Source of the DNA: the human T2T-CHM13v2.0 reference genome, Homo sapiens
Length of the DNA stretch: 64,000 nucleotides
Direction of reading: 5' to 3'
Assembly: GCA_009914755.4 (NCBI GenBank)
Contig: CP086569.2
Span: 14,592,001 to 14,656,000, forward strand
Shown in pieces: positions 50,044 through 64,000 of this stretch; the stretch's first letter is position 1; every line of letters begins with the position of its first letter. The translations under genes were made by a program, and so were the position numbers. A model generated the notes under the pieces. It saw only the letters and a program-made list of their open reading frames with translations. It was not told the DNA's origin and made no database searches.

Positions 50044-50597
50044 GCAGTTGAGAACAATGAGCTAACATAAATAATATCCCCAAATCCACACTTCTAAAAC
50101 CTTCCACAGGGTCTACCTGGTGTTCAGATCCAGGCAGTCTTTTTCAGGCTCTACATTTTCAGCAGCTTTTATTTAACTGATTGTCTTGGGTACTTGCAAT
50201 ATTCCAGGCATGATTCCTGCACTGGGTGATGGGGGCAGGATTGTGCATGTGTCTCGCCCTATGGAAAAGCCCAACAGGGAGATGGTCTTACGTAGCAAAA
50301 GCTCAGGGCAGAGGTGGTTGAGACACATGCAAATCTTAGAGCTCTGCAGAGCAACTAGGGAAAGGCCCCAAGAACCACTTGTAGACACCGCCTCTTTGTA
50401 TAGCTGCTGCCCCCATCACCCAGTGCAGGAATCATGCCTGGCATATTGCAAAGTACCCAAGACAATCAGTTAAATAAAAGCTGCTGAAAACATAGAGCCT
50501 GCAAAAGACTGCCTGGATCTGAACCAAATAGACCCTGTGGAAGCTTTTAGAAGTGTGGATTTGGGGATATTATTTATGTTAGCTCATTGTATAGCTG
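50044..50597. repeat. ~550-bp palindrome: inverted arms 50044-50240 and 50405-50597 (~94% identical) around a ~164-bp spacer. The arm sequence is MIR-derived
   Basis: Left arm gcagttgagaacaatgagctaacataaataatatccccaaatccacacttctaaaacc…ggcatgattcctgcactgggtgatgggggcagg. The right arm is its reverse complement: ctgcccccatcacccagtgcaggaatcatgcc…ggtttagaagtgtggatttggggatattatttatgttagctcattgtatagctgc. Mirror-image ORFs at 50173-50388(-) and 50186-50473(+) are a by-product of the palindrome. Confidence 0.9.
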
Positions 50598-51339
50598 CTT
50601 GACACAAAGCAGTCTTCATCTCTGGGAAGGAAACTGAGGATCTGTGGTGGGCCCTGGTCAAAAATAAATGACCCACACCTGGCCAGAGCTCCTCACCCAA
50701 GTGGACACCAGGCCAGGGCTGGGCAAATGAGATTCTGGTTTTTACAGCATAGAGAGGAGAAGTCAGAGCCCCAGTACTGACTGGGCTCTGTAAAGTAGAG
50801 CAAGAGCATCCCCAATTCCTGCTGCATGGGCTTCTTTCCCATGCAAAGCCTCCTTGTCCAACTTGCCCTTTGATTCTATCACCTGGAACAGAATTATTTC
50901 AAGAACGGTGACGAATCCAGAAGGATGCAAAAAGAGGCTCCAGGGAAAAAAACTGGCGAAGAGACATGGGAAATCTAGGCATATGTGCTGTTTAGGAACA
51001 GGAGTTTCAAAGGAAGGGGTCTTGGGAATAAGTCAGTCCCATAAGCTCAACAAGGTAAGAGCAAAACAGTTGGGGAGATTTTGTATCCTCAGCAAGAAGT
51101 AATTCCCTGGTCTGCTGAGTGGCTTGAAGTACAATTAGTGGGAAAATTTCTGGTTCAAGATGATGGAAAATACCCCTGTTCTACTTTGAAAAAATGAACT
51201 ACAATAACGAGGAAAGGAAATAACTGTCCGTCTAGAATTCTCTTCTAAAAAGAGTATTCTCCAAAAATAAAAATGAAAAAAAAGACATTCCAATATATCC
51301 CCTCAAGAAATCTGAGAAAATACATTTCCTATAGAACCA

Positions 51340-51707
51340 TATTAATATATCTATTATCTATCTGTCTATGTATCTATCTAATCTATCTGTAATTACATAT
51401 AATTACAGATAGATTATATTAAATATATGTAATTATATATGTAAGTTCTTCCTTAAAATTAATCTTAAATATAATTACATATATTTAAGTTCTTCCAGAA
51501 GGAATGATCCCAGATGGAAACATGGAAATGTAAGAAAGAAGAAGCAATGGAAGGGATAAATAAATATAAAAACAAATCATAATGAATATTGATTATAATG
51601 TTTGTGAAAACATAATTTTTGTGAAATTTGAATTACATAATGAGAATCAAAATGTACAAATTAACAAAGAAAAAATAGAGTTTACAAACAGTCCCTGTAA
51701 TTATGGA

Positions 51708-51738
<31 letters not shown>

Positions 51739-51800
51739 CACAAAAAAATTATATACACATATCTAAATATCTCTCTCTCTATCTATCTATTTATCTAGTA
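51340..51800. repeat. AT-rich low-complexity block: degenerate (TATC)n, (TA)n~20 and short palindromes
   Basis: ctattatctatctgtctatgtatctatctaatctatctgtaattacatataattacagatag… ; tatatatatatatatatatatataca ; ctctctctctatctatctatttatctag. Confidence 0.9.
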
Positions 51801-52413
51801 TCTTATAATCCTTAATCTCTGTGTAGGTAGTTATGACAGTCATAATTTTAAAGTTTTGCAGACCAGAGTAAAAAGTCCTTTGATATTAAATAAAAAATGA
51901 ACAAGTGCACCTAATTCTCTGAAAATACAAAAAGGCTTAGATTGCTTTTCATTTCTTTTTTTGTGCATAATGGCAAGAAGCAGTAATTCACTTGGCAATA
52001 TTCTACTAATATGAGTGAGCTGACAGTTCTCCAATCATGCCACTGGTCTTCACTGGGTTCCTCTGTATAATAACTCAGGAACATCACTGCCTGTATGAAC
52101 GCTCTCAGCTGAACCAACTGAACCTCCCCTATGTGTGAAAAGCATTACAAACATTGAGACGTTGGAAATAAGTTTCTCAGGAAAAAATACCACCTGACTG
52201 CTCGACAATTCAGAATGATAATTATTTGCAGGAGGAGAAAAAGAAGCTTGTTTAATACATATCCATACCTCTCCTTCAGTCTCTTTTTGAGCACAGAAGT
52301 TGTTACCATATTGCTAGGTAACTGAGCTATCTCAGGCAATGTCCAGAAAGACCAGGGAGAAACACTCCCACTAGGAATCCCCACTTAAACGTTAGGCAAA
52401 TCCCATTAACCAT

Positions 52414-52660
52414 TTTTTTTCTTTTCTGTTTTCTCATTTTTCAGAAAACAGGGTCTCGCTGTGTCACACAGCATGGAGTGCAGTGGTGCGATCATAGCTC
52501 ACTGCAGCCTCTATCTCCAGGCTCAGGTGATCTTGCTTCAGGCTCTCTGGGACTAGAGGCGTGTACCGCTTTGCCTTACTTTTTCTTTTCTGGAGCGGGT
52601 AGGGGGAGATACGAGGTCTTGTTATGTTGCCCAGGCTCCATTTACCATGTTTGATATCCA
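52414..52660 (-). mobile_element. Alu (older AluJ-like, truncated)
   Basis: tttttttcttttctgttttctcatttttcagaaaacagggtctcgctgtgtcacacagcatggagtgcagtggtgcgatcatagctcactgcagcctc…. Confidence 0.8.
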
Positions 52661-52929
52661 AATGTTGTCCATCTGTGTCCCAGCGAAACACAGATTACTA
52701 AGAAAAAAGGCAAACTGAACTCCTGGCTTTGGCACTCCCTGGAACTCAAAGTCAACTTTGATGTGCTACATAGTGCCTGAGGAGGGCTGGGCATTCAGAG
52801 GCCCAGAAACAATGAGAAGAGGCCGGAAGGGAGTCAGCTTTGCTTTCAGACTCTCAAACACCCAAAATTCAATCTTAGAATAGAATATTCTTCAGCTGGT
52901 TCACACTAGCCACTATAGAAAATCCTGGA

Positions 52930-53097
52930 AGTAGGGCTCACACCTGTAATCCCAGCACTCTGGGCGGCCAGGGAGGGCAGATAAACTGAGATCAGGAGTT
53001 CAAGACCAGCCGGGCCAACATAGTGAAACCCCTGTCTCTACAAAAATTATCCGGGGTATGGTGGCACAGGCATATAATCCCAGCTGCAAAAAAAAGT
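52930..53097 (+). mobile_element. Alu (3'-truncated)
   Basis: gggctcacacctgtaatcccagcactctgggcggccagggagggcag…ggtggcacaggcatataatcccagctgcaaaaaaaag. Confidence 0.8.
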
Positions 53098-53564
53098 GGT
53101 TCCAAACAGAGGCTTCCATAGACGTAACTCACAGACAGTCTACCTTTGTCAGTTAATTTTGCAGGGAATAGTTGGAAAGTTTTTAAAAGCTAGGGAAACA
53201 ATTATTCGAAACTGCTATACTAATTTCCCTAATTTAGGTCAGTGTGACTGTAGAGATGCAGGAATGGCTTGCAATATTTAAATCCACACTAGATGTAATC
53301 TAGTAGGTGCTAAGTGCGATTGTGGCATGACTACCCCAGTGAGAAATATGCCGTAGAGTGGGCAGCTTTGTCCTAAAATTAGGTTATTGTCACACACGGA
53401 GGGTTCTGTGCTTTCCTTCCCGTTTCATTTAAATGGCCAGCGTGTGGCGCTGTCTCCCGTTAAAAATCTGCTTTTGTAATTTCCAGAGGCTTCTCCCCAA
53501 ACACCTTGGTATTTATATGCCTCCGTGTAAATTTTGATAGGCTTGAAAACATCAGAGAAACTGA

Positions 53565-53873
<309 letters not shown>

Positions 53874-55567
53874 GACTTTTAACAGAATAGAGTTTCAGTA
53901 ACTCTGAAGAGCACCTGTAGATTTATCTTCATATTTAAACATGAAATTCAGAATAAATGCGATTACTTATTTGAACTTTGTTTAAAAAACTGCCTCAAAA
54001 AAGTCTCACTTTACAAAATGATAAGTACAAATTTTACTGAAAAGTATATTACGCATGTCACATGAAAAGTAGGACACTCAAAAGTTAGAAATGTCATTTT
54101 TAATTAAAAGTTACATTATTTAAGACTTCATTAAACTTTTGCTTCTATTAATTGTTTTATGCTTCTCCAAATATTTGTTTAGGGACAAGCCAGTAACATT
54201 TTTGTCATGTCAAGAGCCAGAAGTACAATGGTTACTGTTTATATTTTTAAGTGGCCTCTCATATTTGACTTTAAGTGTTCCCACCTATTTGTATGTTTTT
54301 CACTGTCTATGGCTTATATGTAGAATTTGACATGAGAGCCCTAAGTATTTATGGTTGCTTATAGTAGCATTGGTAACATTAGAAGTAGGGTAAAATTAGT
54401 TAACTGTCTTGTCACTGGGGCAAGTATTCAGTTTTACTGGCATCAGGCAGCCTGTGAAACCACTGGGTTTCAAAAACCCACCCTCCTTGCTGGGTGCAGC
54501 ATCTGTTCTGCTGTGTAAGACACCAGAATCAACAGAGGCCATCATATGTGCTGGAGAGACAGATTCACGGTAGGGTTTTGAGAGGGAAATCACACCCACA
54601 GCCAAACATCACCATAGCCATCACCAGATAATTGCCTTTGACATGTGAAAATGCACCCTCTGACACACTTTATTATTTGTAATTATTTTAACTTTGGTAA
54701 CCATTGCATCCAGGAAAAAAACTTCAGCCATGACCTAGTCTAGATTCTCAGCACAAGTGTAGAGCAGGCAGCAAACAAATTTAACACTGATTGATGGTGA
54801 CATGACATGAGAGGGCAAAGAGAAATTCTTGAGAAGTAGTGGTAGTTAGAAGTCATAGTATTAGGCAATTCTTTGTATATTTTGTAAAATAAGTTTAAAA
54901 TGTCATTAAAATAGTCTTCAGTGCAGAAAAGTAATAGGAAACACAATTCTGAAACTTTGTAAAATCTTAGGAAACATCACGGTGACTAACAAAAGTGATC
55001 TCTTTAAACTGTGTGGACTGCAACTACATTTTTATAATCTTGTTGAAAGGGAAAATGTGTTACATGCTAAAATTATACCCAAATAGGGTATCTAGCCTTG
55101 CAAGATAATAAAAGAAAGCAGAGGACTATAAATGGATGTGGTGGTCTTTTGTGCAAACAGCAGTGTATATTCAAAGACCCTATGCCGAAAGTAATAATTA
55201 TTATTTGTAAAATCATTAAATTGGCCATCAGAGACCACATGGGTACAGTACCATGAATGTGAACCTCATTCTTGCCTGAAGCCAAATTGCAAAAGATGCA
55301 AATTTGACATTTATCCATTTGGTTCTTTTATTTATTTATTTTTATTTTTATTTTTTAATTATTATTGTACTTTAAGTTTTAGGGTACATGTGCACAATGT
55401 GCAGGTTAGTTACATATGTATACATGTGCCATGCTGGTGTGCTGCACCCACTAACTCCTCATCTAGCATTAGGTATATCTCCCAGTGCTATCCCTCCCCC
55501 CTCCCCCACCTCACAACAGTCCCCAGAGTGTGATGTTCCCCTTCCTGTGTCCATGTGTTCTCATGGT

Positions 55568-59388
<3,821 letters not shown>

Positions 59389-59451
59389 TATGATGTTAGC
59401 TGGTTCTTTTGCTCGTTAGTTGATGCAGTTTCCTCCTAGTCTCGATGGTCT

Positions 59452-60466
59452 TTACATTTTGGCATGATTTTGCTGCGGCTGGTACCGGTTGTTCCTTTCC
59501 ATGTTTAGCGCTTCCTTAAGGAGCTCTTTTAGGGCATGCCTGGTGGTGACAAAATCTCTTAGCATTTGCTTGTCTGTAAAGTATTTTATTTCTCCTTCAC
59601 TTATGAAGCTTAGTTTGGCTGGATATGAAATTCTGGGTTGAAATTTCTTTTCTTTAAGAATGTTGAATATTGGCCCCCACTCTCTTCTGGCTTGTAGAGT
59701 TTCTGCCGAGAGATCTGCTGTTAGTCTGATGGGCTTCTCTTTGAGGGTAACCCGACCTTTCTCTCTGGCTGCCCTTAACATTTTTTCCTTCATTTCAACT
59801 TTGGTGAATCTGACAATTATGTGTCTTGGAGTTGCTGTTCTCGAGGAGTATCTTTGTGGCGTTCTCTGTATTTCCTGAATCTGAATGTTGGCCTGCCTTG
59901 CTAGATTGGGGAAGTTCTCCTGGATAATATCCTGCAGAGTGTTTTCCAACTTGATTCCATTCTCCCCGTCACTTTCAGGTACACCAATCAGACGTAGATT
60001 TGGCCTTTTCACATAGTCCCATATTTCTTGGAGGCTTTGCTCATTTCTTTTTATTCTTTTTTCTCTAAACTTCCCTTCTTGCTTCATTTCATTCGTTTCA
60101 TCTTCCATCGCTGATACCCTTTCTTCCATTTGATCACATTGGCTCCTGAGGCTTCTGCATTCTTCACGTAGTTCTCGAGCCTCGGTTTTCAGCTTCATCA
60201 GCTCCTTTAAGTACTTCTCTGTATTGGTTATTCTAGTTATACATTCTTCTAAATTTTTTTCAGTTTTCAACTTCTTTGCCTTTGGTTTGAATGTCCTCCC
60301 GTAGCTCGGAGTAATTTGATCGTCTGAAGCCTTCTTCTCTCAGCTCATCAAAGTCATTCTCCGTCCAGCTTTGTTCCATTGCTGGTGAGGAACTGCATTC
60401 CTTTGGAGGAGGAGAGGCACTCTGTTTTTTAGAGTTTCCAGTTTTTCTGCTCTCTGTTTTCCCCAT
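59452..60466 (-). pseudogene. L1 #3 ORF1: nearly complete ORF1p, broken by a single frameshift near 60260-60270
   Basis: 60260-60466 (MGKTESRKTGNSKKQSASPPPKECSSSPAMEQSWTENDFDELREEGFRRSNYSELREDIQTKGKEVEN) continues in another frame as 59452-60270 (MKTEKNLEECITRITNTEKYLKEL…NHAKM*, 272 aa). Confidence 0.9.
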
Positions 60467-61424
60467 CTTTGTGGCTTTATCTACTTTTGGTCTTTGATGA
60501 TAGTGATGTACAGATGGGTTTTTGGTGTGGATGTCCTTTCTGTTTGTTAGTTTTCCTTCTAACAGACAGGACCCTCAGCTGCAGGTCTGTTGGAGTACCT
60601 GGCCTTGTGAGGTGTCAGTCTGCCCCTGCTGGGGGGTGCCTCCCAGTTAGGCTGCTCGGGGGTCAGGGGTCAGTGACCCACTTGAGGAGGCAGTCTGCCC
60701 ATTCTCAGATCTCCAGCTGCGTGTTGGGAGAACCACTACTCTCTGCAAAGCTGTCAGACAGGGACATTTAAGTCTGCAGAGGTTACTGCTGTCTTTTTGT
60801 TTGTCCGTGCCCTGCCCCCAGAGGTGGAGCCTACAGAGGCATGCAGGCCTCCTTGAGCTGTGGTGGGCTCCACCCAGTTCGAGCTTCCTGGCTACTTTGT
60901 TTACCTAAGCAAGCTTGGGCAATGGTGGGCGCCCCTCCCCCAGCCTCGCTGCCGCTTTGCAGTTTGATCTCAGACTGCTGTGCTAGCAATCAGCGAGACT
61001 CCATGGGCATAGGACCCTCTGAGCCATGTGCGGGATATAATCTCCTGGTGTGCTGTTTTTTAAGCCTGTCGGAAAAGCACAGTATTCGGGTGGGAGTGAC
61101 CTGATTTTCCACGTGCCGTCTGTCACCCCTTTCTTTGACTAGGAAAGGGAACTCCCTGACCCCTTGCGCTTTCCAAGTGAGGCAATGCCTCGCCCTGCTT
61201 CCGCTCACCCACGGTGCATGTACCCACTGACCTGCACCCGCCATCTGGCACTCCCTAGTGAGATGAACCCGGTACCTCAGATGGAAATGCAGAAATCACC
61301 CGTCTTTTGCCCCGCTCATGCTGGTCACTGTAGACTGGAGCTTTTCCTTTTCAGCCATCTTGGCTCCTCCCCATTTGGTTCTTAATTGTACCCTGTGCTG
61401 TACATTTCACCATTTATTTTTCTT

Positions 61425-61466
61425 GTGTGTGTGTGTGTGTGTGTGTCTGTGTATGTGCGTGTGTGT
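61425..61466. repeat. (TG)n microsatellite (imperfect)
   Basis: gtgtgtgtgtgtgtgtgtgtctgtgtatgtgcgtgtgtg. Confidence 0.9.
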
Positions 61467-62187
61467 TTTACTCTTGGCATTGGTTTGGTGATGCAATTTA
61501 AAGCTGAGCAGAAGAGAACCAAGTCTGGAGGAGAAGGAAAACAGTTAAAGAACAGTGTTAGCAGAGCTGAGCTAGCAAAGCCTGAGAACTGCACCTGAGA
61601 GTGTGGAAGTATGGGTAAATACAAGCGTACTTCCACACTCCTTGATCTTGCCACTTTTACTTTTCCTGAAGTGAACTGCAATCTCTATGAGAAGATGCAC
61701 ACTCTTGCATCATCAAATGGGGGCAATTAGAAAGGAAGCTAGACCTCATCTGTGACTTTCCTCCCTTTACTTCACTTTCCCCTGATAACCAAAACCAGGA
61801 TGACACTGTTCTGTTCATGACTCTTAAATGCTGTCATATTTAACTATTTGTTCTCCAAGTTTTTCATGAGTTCTCATTTTGCTTTTCCAAGAGAGATATG
61901 TCAGATAAAGATTATACTTGCTACCTTCACACTTTATCCTTATCCAACACAGCTGGAAAACCTTTAAAAAGGCAAATTGCTAGCCCAAAAAAACAAGGAG
62001 TCTAAGAGAGTCTTGGATAAATGTATTGGAAAAATATGTCCATTTGATTGTTAAGAAATAGATTGGTATGTCCAATCCATATCAACACACATCTAAAAAA
62101 TATACTTTCAATAAAATTAAATCATAGATTCTATTTAAATTATAATATCTGTACAATTTTTAACAGATATTTTTGTTGTTGTTGTCC

Positions 62188-62452
62188 TTTTTTTTTTTTT
62201 TTTTGAGAGAGGGTCTGGCTCTGTCACTGAGGCTGAACAAAATGTTGTGATCTGGGCTCACTGCAGCCTCAACCTCCTGGGCTTACGCAATCCTCCCACC
62301 TCAGTCTCCTGAGTTGCTGGGGACCACAGGTGTTCACCATCATGCCTGGCTAATTTTTGTACTTTTTGTATAAACGGGGTTTTACCATGTTGCTCAGGCT
62401 GGTCTCAGACCCCTGAGCTCAAGTGATCCTTCTGCCCCAGGCTCCAAAGTGC
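62188..62452 (-). mobile_element. Alu (slightly truncated at its 5' end)
   Basis: tttttttttttttttgagagagggtctggctctgtcactgaggctg…ctgagctcaagtgatccttctgccccaggctccaaagtgct. Confidence 0.88.
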
Positions 62453-62697
62453 TCCTCAGATGTACTTCTGAAATCAAATATCCCTCAAAGCATAGTCCCT
62501 GGTTGAATTTATATGGAATCGCCTGGGGTATGATTTAAAAACTGACATTTCAACTCCTCACCTTAGATGTACTGACTCAGAATCGCTGAATTTAGGGTCC
62601 TGGAGTCTATCTTAAGTAAAGATTACAGAGGTTTCTCATTTTTTGCAGATAAACAGAAACAAACAAAGAAACAAACAAAGAAAAAGAAACCAATAAC

Positions 62698-62995
62698 TGG
62701 CCGGGCAGGGTGGCTGCTCACTCCTGTAATCCCAGCACTTTGGGAGGCTGAGGCAGGCAACCCATTTGTGGTCAAGAGTTCGAGACCAGCCTTGCCAACA
62801 CAGCTAAACCCTGTCTCTACCAAAAATACAAAAATTAGCCGGACATGGTGGTAGGTGCCTGTAATACCAGATACTCAGGAGGCTGAGGCATGAGAACTGC
62901 TTGAACCTGGGAGGCAGAGAACGCAGTGAGCCGAGATGGTGCTACTGTACTCCAGTATGGGCAACAGAGTAAGACTCAGTCTTAAAAAAAAAAAA
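62698..62995 (+). mobile_element. Alu with 13-bp target-site duplications (gaaaccaataact at 62685-62697 and 62997-63009)
   Basis: ggccgggcagggtggctgctcactcctgtaatcccagcactttgggaggctgaggcagg…gtaagactcagtcttaaaaaaaaaaaa. The target-site duplications are read directly. Confidence 0.92.
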
Positions 62996-63118
62996 GGAAA
63001 CCAATAACTAAAGAAAATGCAGGGAAGAGAATAACTTTTGCAAACTGTGAAAGAGGGCTTTATTTTGTGTGATTCCTCTAGAACCTGACCAAGACAACCA
63101 CACATTTTGGTCTATCTT

Positions 63119-63176
63119 TGTTCATGTAGATATAAATAAGAGACAATTGTTCATGTAGATATAAATAAGAGACAAT
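63119..63176 (+). repeat. Perfect 29-bp tandem duplication (tgttcatgtagatataaataagagacaat, two copies)
   Basis: 63119-63147 and 63148-63176 are identical. Confidence 0.95.
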
Positions 63177-64000
63177 TAAGATGCTCTTCTACTCTCTTTA
63201 AATGTGTGTTTGTCTATTTAAGTAAAACCAATGTCAGCGTAAGGTTTAATTCTTCACTAGACAAATTCCGATCATGGGGGTCAAGGAGACTTGGAGAAAG
63301 ACATACTAAGCACCTTCTTACTAGCTGCACCTGAGGGTCCTACCCCTTTATCCATCATTTCCTCAGCATACTCTTAGTGTTTTCCTCCCCTGTGGCTGGC
63401 TTTCATGAACTTAGGTTGTGGCTTACCTGGTTATGTCAAAAGTCAGAGAACTTCCATGTTTCAACTTGGAAGGTGAGCTGGATAATAAATTAGGTATACA
63501 TGGGCAGAGTGAAAAAAAAAAAACTGGAATTTGACTGTTATTCTGACTTTACTAGAATGTTTTCCTTTTAAAAGTTACTTTAAGCTGCAATTAAAATAAA
63601 TAATATGAGAAAGACCTGCGTAATCACAGAGAAAGTATGTGATTATTCTAAAGGAAGAAAGCAATATAACTGCAAGTATTATTTTAACATATGCATAATA
63701 AGGTAGCCCTATATGTTTATGCCCAAGTTTCCTTTTAATAACTGACTGTTCTCCTTTATGGTTTAGTATAAAATGCATTTATTCATAGAAATGAATATGC
63801 TATGGAACCCATAGAAGTAGCACACACATTGCTTTTTTAAAAAAATACAGCGACCCTTGTGAACATCCAAAGGCTGTTTTTAAAAGCTCAGCATGCTTGT
63901 CCTTGTGATTTCACTTTCTAGAATATGCATTTCATGATATGACAGGCAAAATTATAAATCAAATTAAGATACCTAAGAAAATGTCAGTGTACATAATATC

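Noticed and set aside
50173-50473. Overlapping ORFs on both strands (71 aa and 95 aa) ending in the same VPKTIS peptide
   Set aside because: They are a by-product of the palindrome. Each arm, read outward, gives the same peptide. There is no evidence of coding.
59452-60270. 272-aa minus-strand ORF with coiled-coil/RRM-like protein
   Set aside because: It is L1 ORF1p from L1PA #3. Its N-terminus is in a different frame (frameshift), so the ORF is not intact.

Overview
This window is primate (human-type) nuclear genomic DNA. It is dense in Alu and L1 repeats, has introns, and carries a CpG-island promoter. The only protein-coding gene I can support is thymosin beta-4, Y-linked (TMSB4Y), on the + strand. 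Its 44-aa CDS is split between two coding exons at 18966-19065 and 19855-19889. The encoded peptide is [44 protein letters not shown], with G6, S30 and R39. From memory, these match the Y gametolog rather than TMSB4X (D6, P30, K39). That would place the window in the X-degenerate part of Yq11. A CpG island with a TATA box lies upstream, and the 3'UTR is homologous to TMSB4X. Roughly half of the remainder is interspersed repeat. There are three full-length but coding-dead L1PA elements, each with target-site duplications: 5978-11958 (+), 36574-42727 (+) and 55328-61372 (-). There are about 25 Alu copies, older L1M fragments, and a THE1/MaLR solo LTR nested inside an Alu inside an L1M. There are also several microsatellites, including a ~350-bp (TTCC)n(TTTC)n(CT)n tract. 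I find no prokaryote-style system (CRISPR, operon, defence island), and none would be expected here. The most unusual structures are listed below. (1) A ~550-bp MIR-derived palindrome whose arms are ~94% identical. (2) A perfect 38-bp tandem duplication abutting the exon-3 acceptor of TMSB4Y. (3) A young AluY with an intact 43-nt poly(A) and 15-bp target-site duplications, sitting inside the promoter CpG island and putative intron 1. (4) Full-length L1 pairs in direct and inverted orientation that bracket TMSB4Y and could act as recombination (NAHR) substrates. All coordinates for repeats are from reading the sequence by eye and are approximate (±10 bp) unless I checked a junction.
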